Shown here: one piece after another, positions 48,809 to 62,177 of the stretch
Layout: each line of letters begins with the position of its first letter
Position numbering within the stretch: position 1 is the stretch's first letter
Notes under the pieces: model-generated
The model's input: the letters and a program-made list of their open reading frames with translations, nothing else
The model's database searches: none
What the model was told of the DNA's origin: nothing
Translations under genes and position numbers: made by a program
Assembly (NCBI RefSeq): GCF_006345805.1
Contig: NC_043014.1
Location: 8,556,001-8,620,000, forward strand
Source of the DNA: Octopus sinensis
Lineage: Eukaryota
Direction of reading: 5' to 3'
DNA: 64,000 nt

Positions 48809-49339
48809 CCATGTTTGACTTTTGCATTACATTTGTACAAGTTGGCTCCAAGTCTCACCCAGAGACCTCAAGAGACAACAAGTTGGAAGTTCATATTGGT
48901 GTTATGCCTAGGATGCCATATATTTGGTTTTATACTTAGTGTTGTACTAGTAAATGTTTAAGAAACCATAAAAAAATTATGTTTGTTTTAAAACTTGAGA
49001 TTACATAGAAAGTATTTTGTATAGGATATGAGCAGTTCCCATGAGCACTGTCTTTTGAATTTCTGCCATTTTTGGGTTTCCTGGTATCTGAGTTAGGTAG
49101 CAATCAGCTCCTTTTGCGATCATTCCCAGGACACCTATGACAACAGGTATTGTTTTAGTCTTCAGTTTCCACATTTTGCTGATTTTTATTTCAAGATCTT
49201 TATATTTGCTCAGTTTTTGGTAAGTCTTGACAGATACGTTTATATCGATTGGGACAGTCATATCAATGGGGAGGCATGTTTTTTGTCTGAAGTCTTTCAA
49301 TATGATGTCTGGCCTATTAGCATCTATCTTTCTGTCAGT
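48809..49339 (-). mobile_element. 5'-truncated R4/Dong-like element (RLE domain plus 3' UTR)
   Basis: DANRPDIILKD...IDMTVP...KLSKYKDLEI...IPVVIGVLG...IQKTVLMGTAHIL; (TAA)n on both sides. Confidence 0.88.
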
Positions 49340-49971
49340 TATTATTATTATTATTATTATTATTCATGGAATATTTCTGCCTTATGACATCCAATTTATT
49401 GTCAAATATTTTCTTGCAAAAACTGGATTGGCAAATTCAGCAATCCTCAGATACGGCTGAGCTTGCCTCTTTATTTTCGGCATGAAACTATTTGGTAATA
49501 AATTGGCTGTTATGAAACTATGATGATGATGATGATGATGATGATGATCCTTTCTACTAAAGGCACAAGGTCTGAAATTTTGGGGGAGGCGACTAGTCGA
49601 TTACATCGACCCGAGTTTTCTACTGGTAGTTAATTTATCGATCCTCGAATGGATGAAAAGTAAAAATCAACCACGGAATTTGAACTCAGAACGTAGCGAC
49701 GGGTAAAATACCGCTAAGCATTACGTCCAGAGGGCTAACGATTCTGCCAGCTCGCTGCCTTGATAATAATAATAATAATAATAATAATAATCATACCACC
49801 TAACAAATAATAATAATAAGAAGAAGTAGAAGAAGAAGAAGAAGAAAAAGAAAAAGAAGAAGAAGAAGAAGAAGAAGAAGAAGAAGAGAAGAAGAAGAAG
49901 AAGAAGAAGAAGAAGAAGAAGAAGAAGAAGAAGAAGAAAACACAACAAAAGCTATAAAGCAAATGAAATCA

Positions 49972-50630
49972 AAACTAAAACTAGAGCTGCAATGGACCAT
50001 GATAAAACGATGGCAAGAAAAGCCCCTTCATGGCAAGTACTGGACTAAACTAAATACAAAAGAAATAGACAAAGAAAAATCCCAGCAATGGTTGAGAAGC
50101 TCAGGACTCAAAGCAGAAACAGAGGGATTTATAATTGCAGCACAATACCAAAGCCTTCCCACCAAGAATTACCAAAAATATGTAATGAAAAGAAATATAA
50201 CAAGTAACTGCAGAATATATGAAGATGGACAAGAAACAATAAATCATATTATCTCCAGCTGCCCAGTCCTGGCTAAGAAGGAATATATTCACAGACATGA
50301 CAGAGTTGGAACCTACATACACTGGAAGCTATGCCAATATTATGGAATAACAAAGAAAAAAAGATGGTATAAGCACACACCAGAAAATGTCACAGAAAAC
50401 GAGAAAGCAACCATACTCTGGGATATGCCAATACACACAGATAGAGAAATTAAGGCCAACAGACCAGATATAGTTGTCAGAGATAATGAAGGAAAAAAAT
50501 GCTTTCTAATTGATGTATCAATACCGGCTGATGACAACGTGTCTCTAAAAGAAATGGAGAAACTTTCAAAATACAAAGACCTGGAAATAGAGGTAACAAA
50601 AATGTGGAATCTAAAAACAGAAACAATCCG
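49972..50630 (+). mobile_element. R4/Dong-like non-LTR fragment (CCHC region plus restriction-like endonuclease)
   Basis: WQEKPLHGKY, GLKAETEGFIIAAQ, CR...ETINHIISSC, YIHRHDRVG, WDMPIHTD..IKANRPDI..LIDVSIP; flanked by (GAA)n/(TAA)n. Confidence 0.9.
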
Positions 50631-51012
50631 CTCGGTAGTGAAGTGAAAGCATGTTATAAAAATAAAACTACTGAATGATGATGATGATGATAATAATAAT
50701 AATAATAATAATAATAATATAATAATAATAATAATAAAATCTATAGTGTCTATCTAACATCACAATCGCTTAGCGACCGTTTCCATTCACATATTTACCT
50801 CTACTTCATACAATGTTATTAGTTATAGATGACTGGTTACCTAAGTATAAATGCAAATGAAACCCCCACAGAACAACGTAGAATTTGACAACAGGTTTGT
50901 GAAATACCTGCACGCTTTGTGATCAACTTAGTTATCAAGGTAACAAGTCTGATTTCTTTCGGTGCCCAAGGAAGCGCTTTTAGAGATTATATTTCAAGCT
51001 GTTTATGCTGTA

Positions 51013-51405
51013 CTAGCAGTATCGCCCGGCGTTGCTCGGGTTTGTAAGGGAAATAACTATATAAGCATTTTTAGAGATGTAAAGTATAATAGCCATCTCA
51101 ATATGGCTAACCACAAAGGGGGGGGGGTACTGTAGCTTTTTACGTTCTGTGATTTAATAATAAATTTTCAGAGAGTTACTTCCCTTATATATGCCAAAAA
51201 TGCATTAAAAATGAGAAAAATTGATGGTAAATTTTTTTTTAAATCGTAGACTCATCGTAGGCGCGCGCTAATACCCAGAAGGGCTCGATATGAATCACGA
51301 CTATAAGATACCCGGTTTTGGTTAAACTGCACCGCAAAATGTGGGAGTAGTTAGGAATCTAAATCGTAGGAGACAGACACACAACTTCACTTTTATATAT
51401 AAAGA
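51013..51405 (-). mobile_element. Non-autonomous Helitron (family 2)
   Basis: A|TC and hairpin-CTAG|T termini; similar to 34013-34404. Confidence 0.88.
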
Positions 51406-51712
51406 TTTCAAGCTGTTTATACTGTATTTCCTGATTCTAATGGCATATCCTTTCCAGATTTTTGACAGCATTTAAAAAATTTTGATTGCACTGGGCACGG
51501 GTGTAAACATTTAATTCCAGAAATGGTATCTTTATTCGACAGATGGGTCATAAATGTCTGTCTGCACTTACGACATCGTCGATAACCTCGTTTCTGTATC
51601 CACAAATATTTATCGATTTACAGAAAATGGTGACAGATGTAACATTAGAAGTCCACTGACAGCAGGGTTCATGAATGACCAATTGTTAACTTACAGAGTG
51701 TTCTATTACATA

Positions 51713-52105
51713 CTAGCTGTATGACCCGGCGTTGCTCGGGTTTGTTTCGACCCTTTAGAATTGAAATTTTCGAAAAGTAAAAATTTTGCATTATGTAGCT
51801 TGTTATTCTCTTTAAGTGAACATTTTTCTGGTTGAAATACACCGAAAAATGGCAACACAGCAGTCAAAAAATCGTAAAAAATAGGGATTTTCATAGAAAA
51901 AAAAGCACCTTTTTGATGTGTATAATTTTTGGTGTTAACATGGTCCGATTTGAATTTTTTCTTCTACGGAAGGAAGAGCAAGCCTTCTTCTATCATACTC
52001 TCAATTTTGGTCAACTTGCACCGCAGGGTCTCGGAGGAGATAGTGTTAGTTGAAGGATACAAAACCTGCCATACACAGACAACTTCAGCTTTATATATAG
52101 AGAGA
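51713..52105 (-). mobile_element. Non-autonomous Helitron (family 1)
   Basis: A|TCTCTCTATATATAAAG 5' end; CCCGAGCAACGCCGGG...CTAG|T 3' end. Confidence 0.88.
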
Positions 52106-52677
52106 TTTTGGATATATTATAAACAGGAACATGCACCTTCCGACATTTGTTAAATCTAAGTCATATAACATTACTGAGGTCGACCATTGACGTCTACAAA
52201 GACATTGTATTTCCAGTAGTGATGCATATATGACAGAGGGCTGACATGATACAAGAAGCAAATACGGATTCTTCTCAGCTTCAACGTATTACTTGCCTAT
52301 CATCTATGAGCCTTTCTAAACAGTGACTTTTGGAATCAGTTATGTTTGATTGAGTTGTAGAGCTTGCAGATAAAAATAGACACCAGATATCAGTAAAATC
52401 AACTCATGCGTTTCATACAATCCGCTTGCAAAAATCCAGGCCTCGAATTGCTTAATATAAACCTTGATGTATTCCAGCTAGGAATAGTCACACCAATGCC
52501 AGTTTAGGTCTTCACACATCTACTGATGGCGATTCTTGGACACATCATCAGTGTCCTAATGTTACTGGCTGTTTAGGCTCTTGCAACATATAACTTCACC
52601 TAAGCGACCTCACTGGAGTTATCAAGCCTCAACCTGTGACCAGGTGACATTTTACTAGGTTTACAATTATAACAAAA

Positions 52678-53104
52678 CTAGCAGCATAGCCCGGCGTTGC
52701 CCGGGTATGTAAGAGCCCCTTGTAGGCAACGACTAATCCCAATCTAGTCCTTTCCCTCTAGGGAACGAAGGCGCATGTGTAGGTTGCAATGTTTTCTCTT
52801 CACTCGAATACTTCTGTGTATACGATGTTCCTAGCTGTCCCTTTCGGCGATAAAAAGGTAGACAGAAAATGTGTTGAATATAAAAAGCTTAGATTCTCGA
52901 CCCCTTGTCGAATTTATCGATTTTTTTTTCAGAACTGGGGGAACTTTTCAAAATTTTCGCTGCGTTAGTTTTGAATTATGACATTGGGCTATGTGTGTGT
53001 CAAGTTTCATCAGAATCGGTTGAAAGCTGTGGTCAGGGTGAGGGTACAACCTGACAGACACACAGACACACAGACAGACAAACTGCCGTTTATATATAGA
53101 GAGA
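52678..53104 (-). mobile_element. Non-autonomous Helitron (family 3)
   Basis: A|TCTCTCTATATATAAAC 5' end; CCCGGGCAACGCCGGG hairpin followed by CTAG|T; internal sequence unrelated to families 1 and 2. Confidence 0.85.
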
Positions 53105-55245
53105 TAATTTGACTAAAAATGTGAATTTTTAATTATTTTCTGAGATTTTACAAAAACAACAAAAATATTATTTGCTAGGTTCCAAGGACTTTTTTTAAAA
53201 AAGAAATGAAATGCGAATACTTAACTGTCCCCTTCCAGTGGTATACACTTGGTCCTCCACTCGTTTCTGAAATATCCCTCCGCCAATTGCACATACTTGC
53301 CCCTCTTACTCATGCACTTCTTTTAATATTTCACTGGGGAAATTTAACTCCGTATCAAGTCTCTGTCTAGATTAGAATTACTTCACTCAGATTCACAGTT
53401 TAGAACCACAGCCTGATTATATTGCCAAGGTATAGATATCTCCATGAACTTAAATATTTCGCAGTAAAAGGCATGGATGCCAATGAACATGCTTTTCAGC
53501 CAATCAGTATCGGCTGGTATGTCGCAAGTTAAGGCGATAGATTTAAAGAAAGTTATGTGAAATTCCTTCCAAATTATATTTCCAATGTTTCTAGAAGTTT
53601 TATCTTAGGTTATAAAAAGCTGCAATATTAAACCCTTGATTCATTGTAAATGCTACACGGAACGATGTCGCTTTGTTCTAACGAACATAGTTTCACTTTC
53701 TTTTACTTGGTTTTGCATAACACTTTGTACGCAATGTTCGCGAAGTATATTTAACCTTGTGCCGTAATGCTGACTTGCATGCATACATACATTCATCCAC
53801 ACATACATATAACATGCATCCATATGTACGTACATACGAATACCTTTCCATATAATTATCTATCTTATTCTCTTTATAATGATATGTATATCACATAACG
53901 ATGTTAACTAAAACATTATTTCTAGTTTACGCATTGTAAAACTTCAAATATAACATTCTTTCGGTGCCCAAGGAAGCGCTTTTAGATATTATATTTCAAA
54001 CTGTTTATACTGTATTTCCTGATTCTAATGGCATATCCTTTCCCAATTTTTGACAGCATTTAAAAAATTTTGATTGCACTGGGCACGGGTGTAAACATTT
54101 AATTCCAGACGGATGGGTCATAAATGTCGGTCTGCACTTACGACATCGTCGATAACCTCGTTTCTGTATCCACGAATATCTATCAACTTAAAGAAAACGG
54201 TGACAGATGTAACATTAGAAGTCCACCGGCAGGGTTCATGAATGACCAATTGTTAAGTTACAGAGTGTTCTATTACATACTAGCAGTATCGCCGGCGATA
54301 ATCTTGCAAAACAAATATATAGGCGCAGGAGTGGCTGTGTGGTAAGTAGCTTGCTAACCAACCGCATGGTTCCGGGTTCAGTCCCACTGCGTGGCATCTT
54401 GGGCAAGTGTCTTCTACTATAGCCTCGGGCCGACCAAAGACTTGTGAGTGGATTTGGTAGACGGAAACTGAAAGAAGCCCGTCGTATATATGTATATATA
54501 TATATACATATATGCGTGTGTGTGTTTGTGTGTCTGTGTTTGTCCCCCTAGCATTGCTTGACAACCGATGCTGGTGTGTTTACGTCCCCGTCACTTAGCG
54601 GTTCGGCAAAACAGACCGATAGAATAAGTACTGGGCTTACAAAAAAGAATAAGTCCCGGGGTCGAGTTGCTCGATTAAAGGCGGTGCTCCAGCATGGCCG
54701 CAGTCAAATGACTGAAACAAGTAAAAAAAAAACACCTAAATTCTTATAATCAATTTACTTGTATATATATATATATATATGCAAAATATAACAGTTCGAA
54801 ATAAATTTTTGGAAACAAATACCATTTATTGTTGGGTTATTCATGTCTAAGAACGCAGCCTCTTACCTTTATTTCTTCTTCCTACTTTTTACCTTCGACT
54901 TAATTATCACGACCAACCCAACAACTCCAACAAAACAAAGCTGTTTCGCCGCTTCGGAAAACAAGATGATGTCTTTTCCCCAGAGAAGACAAGTTGATGA
55001 ACATTCCCGCTGCTTCTCTCATCACACAATTACGTGACTTGGAAAACAAACTATTAGAGCAGTTCTTAGGCATTTTCTTCATCTGGATATAGAAGTTGCG
55101 CTGCTTTGATCTATTCAGATACCTTTGAGTAACCATCTGGCGACATGCTCATGATGACGATAGCGGGAAAGTACTAGCTAAGACAAGAGAAATGTCAGTA
55201 AAAATGCTATTTTGGGGTTTAAAGTTCTATTACCACAGCTACTCT

Positions 55246-55570
55246 TACCACCACCACCACACCACAACCGCAGAGCCGCCGCCGCCGCCACCACCACCAC
55301 CACCACCACCACCACCACCACCACCACCGCCGCCGAAGCCGCCGCCGCCGAGCCGCCGCCGCCGAAGCCGCCGCCGCCGAGCCGCAGCCCGCCGAGCCGC
55401 CGCCGCCGAGCCGCCGCCGCAGCCGCCGAGCCGCGAGCCGCCGCCACCGCCGCCCGCCGAGCGCCGCCACCGCCGCCGCCGCGCGCCACCAACCACCACC
55501 AACCACCACCGCCGCCGCCGCCACCACCACCACCACCACCACCACCACCGCCCTCCCCCACGCACCCCCA
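55246..55570. repeat. GC-rich (CCA)n/(CCG)n/(GAGCC) low-complexity island
   Basis: Visible directly. Confidence 0.9.
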
Positions 55571-56089
55571 ACCAACAACAACGGCAACGATAATAAAGGA
55601 GATGATAATGGTGATGATGATAAGTGAAATGTAAAAATCGCAGGGATATGTTTACAACATTTCTAAAAATAGCCCAACATTTACTCCTTTGGCCAGGGTA
55701 AATATGCAGGTCCCTTGACATGTTCAACAAACCGTGACGCCTAAACCAAACACTAATCGACTTAAGTAATTTATTGGTCTGAATACAGTTTGCAAAAATT
55801 AACATTCTGCAGCCTACACAAATGTATTTAAGGCACACATTTTAGCCATCTCATTACAGTTGTAAATTGTAAAGCATAGCTATCAGGACTATTACATCAA
55901 CCTGAAGATTGTAGAGTGTAATGCATGAAAGTACTAGTTCAATCAGAATGGACATTCAATATTGTATCATTATATTATATTATATATATTATTATTAAGA
56001 TTGTAAAAAAACGTGAGCATCAAAGTTGGAATTTCTTTGAGTAATATATTCTATACAAAATCATAGACACCCGTGTGCGTGTATATATG

Positions 56090-56135
<46 letters not shown>

Positions 56136-56166
56136 TATATATATCTATAATATATATGTATATATA

Positions 56167-56235
<69 letters not shown>

Positions 56236-56256
56236 TATGTAGTATGTATGTATGTA

Positions 56257-56289
<33 letters not shown>

Positions 56290-56460
56290 ATATATATATA
56301 TGTATGAGTATGTATGTATGTATGTATGTGTGTGTGTGTGTGTTATAAGGAAATATTTTCCTTTTATGTGTTATGTTCGTTTCTCTTTTTTTCGTTCTTT
56401 GAAAAAAAAAGTTCGTTTCTACGTTTTTGTTTTTATGTTTTCGTTTCTCATGCGTTTAAA

Positions 56461-56560
56461 NNNNNNNNNNNNNNNNNNNNNNNNNNNNNNNNNNNNNNNN
56501 NNNNNNNNNNNNNNNNNNNNNNNNNNNNNNNNNNNNNNNNNNNNNNNNNNNNNNNNNNNN
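56461..56560. other. Assembly gap (100 N)
   Basis: Run of N. Confidence 1.
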
Positions 56561-57517
56561 AAAGCAAGATTCATCGCTACTAAGCATTTCAGTAAAGTCT
56601 ATCGATTATAATTGAAGTATTAGTTTTCATTAAAAAAAAAAACGGAAAATAATAAAATGTTCGAAATATAAAAAAAAAAGTATAAACAAAAACACAAAAA
56701 AGTGGAATTCAAAGAATTTTCGCTTTTTTTCCCTTTCGTTTTTCTTTTTTTTTTTCTGTATCTGTTTGTGGCAGACATCTTTAGACGCAGGTGGACGGTC
56801 TGAAGACGATTGTATTGTTTTTGTGTTTTATGTTTATATTTTTATTGAAAAAAAGTTCTTGAGTGTGTATGTATGTGAGTGTGTGTATATGTATGTACGT
56901 ATATGTGTGTAACTGTGGGTGTGTCTGCGTGTGTGTTTATACACACATATATTTATACCTATATTTGTATGTGTTTAAAAACAAATATATACATATATAT
57001 AGAGAGATATCTGTCTATCTATCTATATGTGTATATGTATGTGTGTGTACATATATATATATATATATATAATAAATAAAATTAAAATAGAACATATGCA
57101 TATATATAAACATATATGTACGTACCTACCTCTACATGTACATATACACGCATATATGAGTACAGGACACCAAAAAGACGTCGAACACAATGAGAAACGA
57201 AAACATAGACACAAACCAAAGGAACTATACATTTCTTTTAAAACAGCAAGAAAATAGAGTACAGGACAATTAAATATATATATATTTTGTCTCTAATTTA
57301 ATATAATATATATATATATATATATTTCGTTTTGGAATTTGTTTAGCAAGATTCTTTATATGAGTTCGTGTGTTGAAGCATATTCTGTTGTGTCTGGGGA
57401 GGGTCATTTTCTTTTTGTGCCTTATTATGTAACACACTCACTGGTAAAATTTCCACTTTTTTTTAATGCTTATTTTTATTTTTTAAAATTTTCGTTGCGT
57501 CTTGCAACCTTTTCAGA

Positions 57518-57554
<37 letters not shown>

Positions 57555-57566
57555 AATATATATATA

Positions 57567-58180
57567 CTAGCTGAATGGCCCGTCGTTGCCGGTCAATTTT
57601 TACAATAGAATGTCTTATATAAATTTTTGGTTATTCCATGTCAGACCACGTCTTCCCCGTCAGGTAGGTCTCTTAATTAGGACAGATTTGTGCAATTTTT
57701 CGCACAAAGTTTCGTTGAGGATTTTTTTCCTTTTAAAATTATTTACATGTCTGTACGACCGTTTCACATGACTTTATTCGTTAAAACTTACTGAAACTGC
57801 AGAACGTCTAACAACTTTGGACGTCGTAATGCTTTGCTTTCGTTTGTTTAATTAAAATTCCTCCTCGTAATGATTTTGCTTTCATTTTGTGACAGACAGC
57901 TATCGTGCAGAAAATACCAGCTTGTTTTCTGATTAGGTAAAACTTATTAAACTTCAAACCTTAGTAACATTTTTTTGCTATTTTTCTGGATCAAATAAAT
58001 AACAAAATCGGATTTAACATGGAAAATTAGTTCAATATATCAAATTTGGAAATTTTGACTTAATTTTAAAATTTCACAATATGTGACAGCAACAGGGAAG
58101 ACCCTACCAAAGTAGAGAGACAGATAGTTATAGGAAGTGACACACATACACAAACAAACACACACACACATCTTCAAACG
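57567..58180 (-). mobile_element. Older Helitron-like element (family 4)
   Basis: tatactagctgaatggcccgtcgttgccgg resembles a degenerate hairpin-CTAG end; 5' end not defined. Confidence 0.45.
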
Positions 58181-58940
58181 TACATACAGGTAATCACTGG
58201 TTTAAATTTGGCGCATAGTAGACATATGTATACATGGGATCTTTTCACTTTGACTGGCAGATTTTTAAAATAATTTCTTTGTAATTAAACACTTTTAAAC
58301 TTCGTATACTGGTAGAATGTGTTACATAAAACAGGTGACAAATTGATATGACACCGCAAGAAATTATTGTTGACAAACAACCGCAGAAATTGTATTCACC
58401 TCAATAGACGTCAGTGATTGGTTGAAATTGCCGAAATGCAAGAAATTTAACAAGAAATATCTTACAAACTACAGAATTTTCTCAAGAAAGCCAAGAGAAA
58501 AAGATGTTTTATGTAACACATTCTACCAGTATACGAAATTTAAAAGTGTTTAGTTACAAAGAAATTATTTTAAAAATCTGCCGGTCAGAGTGAAAAGATA
58601 CTATGTATGTATGTAGGTATGTTGTATATATGTATGCACGTATGTATATATCACGTGACCGACCAGACCATCAGATGTTGCTACACATCGCTGGTCACAA
58701 TGCGTTCGCATTGTTTTAGCCTTCGAATGACGCCACCCCCGCTGCTAAGCGAGCAGGGCAACAGAATAAAAAGTGAGAGAAAGAGTGGTGATGAGAGTAA
58801 GCAGAGATCACCACCCCTTGCCGTGGAGCTTTTAGTGTTTTTTCGCTCAATAAACACACACAAACGCCCGGTCTGAGATCGAAACCGCGACCTACGATCG
58901 CGAGTCCGCTCCCTAACCACTGGGCCATTGCGCCTCCACT

Positions 58941-58988
<48 letters not shown>

Positions 58989-59647
58989 CATATGTATATA
59001 TGTACATAGTATATGTATGTTGTGTGTGTGTCTGTGTGTGAGTGTTTCTTTGCGTTACCCAGAAGGAAACAGAGTATAATATTAATCCAAATTTCGAAGA
59101 ATCGATACCAAAGGAGAAACAAGACTGATAATTATGATACAACATTACAATTCTGACGTCGACAATGTCCTTTATCCACCCCCTCTCCCTCCTCTCCCTC
59201 TCTCATCTCCCTCTCTCCCTCTCTCCCTCTCAACAGACATACACTCACACACGCGCCCCCGCGTATATGATTATGAAGCTAAATTGTCTTAAATCTTAAG
59301 TGTGCTTAATTTGAATAGCTACAAAGGAATCGGTTTGCTACGCTCATCATTAAAGGATTAATCTCTCTTTGGTGTCGCTTCTCTCAGACTCTTGATTTTG
59401 GATAATACATATACGCATGCTCTCACACACAATTCATTAATACCCTTTGAAACCTCCTTATAAAAATATCCCCCACAATAGACCCATACAAAACTGGAGA
59501 GCCTCGGATCCTCATTGCATGTTCTAAAAGACACAATACAGAGTGTTGTGTCTAAGATGTGCTATTAACAGGATTGACGCAGTTTGTAGGTGATACAAGT
59601 TTAATTTATGAATAATGTGTAAAGAAGTAGGGGGATATTATTCCATA

Positions 59648-60036
59648 CTAGCAGTATAGCCCGGCGTTGATCGGCTTTGTTTCGACCCTTTAGAATTGGA
59701 ATTTTTCAAAAAAATTTGCATTATGTAGCATGTTATTCTCTTTAACTGAACATTTTTCTGGTTGAAATACACCGAAAAATGGCGACACAGCAGTCAAAAA
59801 ATCGTAAAAAATAGGGATTTTCATAGAAAAAAAGCACTTTTTTGATGTAAATAATTTTTGGTGTTAACATGGTCCGATTTGAATTTTTTTTCTTCTACGG
59901 AATGAAGAGCAAGCCTTCTTCTATCATACTCTCAATTTTGGTCAACTTGCGCCGCAGAGTGTCGGAGAAGATAGTGTTAGTTGAAGGCTACCAAACCTGC
60001 CATACACAGGCAACTTCAGCTTTATATATAGAGAGA
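59648..60036 (-). mobile_element. Non-autonomous Helitron (family 1)
   Basis: Same termini and body as 4154-4573 and 51713-52105. Confidence 0.85.
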
Positions 60037-60480
60037 AATTACTTAAGAAATGACGTGGAACCATTATTGGGAGAAGTAGATGAAGGAATTTATTATTAAC
60101 ACCGAAGAGATTCTGGTGCTTGAAGAATTTAAAAGAATACTAGAAAATACTGAAATACAGAATTTCAGAAATAATAGTGAACCATAATAAGAAGAGGGAG
60201 AAGTGGTAGAGAAAATATTGAAGAATATTTAATGAGTGAAGATTTCAAGATGAGATTCCAATATCTTTTATCTTTCACTTGTTTCAGTCATTGAAATGCG
60301 GCCATGCTGGGGCACCGCTTTTAAGAATTTAGTCGAACAAATCAACCCAACTATTCGTTTTTTTAAAGTCTGGGTTTTGTTCTGTTGGTCTCTATTGCCA
60401 AACCGCTAAGCTACGGGGACGTAAAGAAACCAACACCGGTGGTCGAGTTATGAAACGGAGGGGAGGGGGATCAAATAGAG

Positions 60481-60518
<38 letters not shown>

Positions 60519-62177
60519 GTGTGCGTGTGTGTGTGTGTATGTGTGTGTGTGTGTGTCTGTTTTTACGACGGTCTTCTACACAGTTTTCGTCTACCAAATT
60601 CACTCACAAGGCATTGGTCGGTCCCGAATCATAATAGAAGAAACTTGCCCAAACTACTACGCACTGGGATTGAACCCAAAACCACATGATTGCAAAGCGA
60701 GCTAATTAACCACACAGCCACTCCTGAGCTTACGTCAACAAAAAAAAAAAACACATTCACAGAGTTTGAATTAAACAAAACAAAAACAAAAGAGCGAAAG
60801 ACAGAAAAAGAACTGAATGGTTTGTTTGGAGATTTCTTCACATTTTTTTCTACTGTTCTTTAACAGTGGCCATACTGGGGCACCACTGTAGTAGGCGACC
60901 ATATCATTCCCAACGCTTATTTCAGTTTGAAACTATTTTTAACGATGTCTATTTGTTGAACCGTTAATTTACAGGACATACAGAGTCCTGTAAATATAAA
61001 CACATACATCTTCTTTTTTATCTTATTTTTTATCTTTTACTTGCTTCAGTCATTAGGCTGCGGCCATGCTGGGGCATCGCCTTGAGGAATTTTTAGTCGA
61101 TCGAATTGACCCCAGTACTTGTTTCTTAAGCTTGCTACTTATTCTATCAGTTCCTTTTACCGAACCGCTAAGTAACAAGGGTGTAAACACACCAACACCC
61201 ATTGTCAAGCGGTGGTTGGGAATAATACGCACACACACGCACACACACACATACACACACACGCACACACACACACTCACACACACACACACACACACCA
61301 CACACACACACACACATATATATATATACATATATACATGACGGGCTTCTTTCAGTTTCCATCTACCAAATTTATTCAAAAAAGCTTTGGTTGGTCCGAG
61401 GCTATAGCAGAAGACACTTGCCCGAAGTGCCACACAATGGGACTGAACCTGGAACCATGTGGTTGGGAAGCAAACTTCATGCCTCCCACCACCACCCCCA
61501 CCAGCTACGCCTGCGCCTATAACGAACTTCAACATAGTTTTCATCAACCAAATTTCACTCGCAAGATATTGGTCAACCCGTGGCGATCGACATCTGCCTA
61601 ATATACTGCGCTGCACTAGGAACAAACCCCCAGCTATGAGGTTAAAAGGCAAACTTCTTAACCATACGGCAATACACCGGGTATCTGTTACAGGCCCGAC
61701 TCTAGCCTTCCGTCGGATGTGGTCAGCATTGGTGAAAGACACAGTGAACTCGTCGGTTGGGACCAGCCCAGCCCAATCCGGGTGAATGCTACCTCAAGTA
61801 CGAGTGAGTAAATAATGCAGCAGTGGCTACGTTTATTTGACAGCTGGAGTAAATCATCTTAATGTTTCTACAGCGAGCTGGCAGAATCGTTAGCGCGCCG
61901 GGCGAAATGCTTAGTGGTATTTCGTCTGCCGTTACGTTCTGGGTTCAAATTCCACCGAGGTCGACTTTGCTTTTCATCTTTTCGGGGTCGATAAATTAAG
62001 TACCAGTTACGCACTAGGGTCGATGTAATCGACTTAATACCTATGTCTGTCCTTGTTTGTCTTCTGTGTTTAGCCCCTTGTGGGTAATAAAGAAATAGGT
62101 ATATAACCTCCACAAAATTAGAGATACATTTCACAAATATTTTATATGATTCGTGACATTAATAGAGAATCATGAAA

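Noticed and set aside
55178-55838. Overlapping poly-Pro/Ala/Gly/Trp ORFs
   Set aside because: Trinucleotide low-complexity sequence open in nearly all frames
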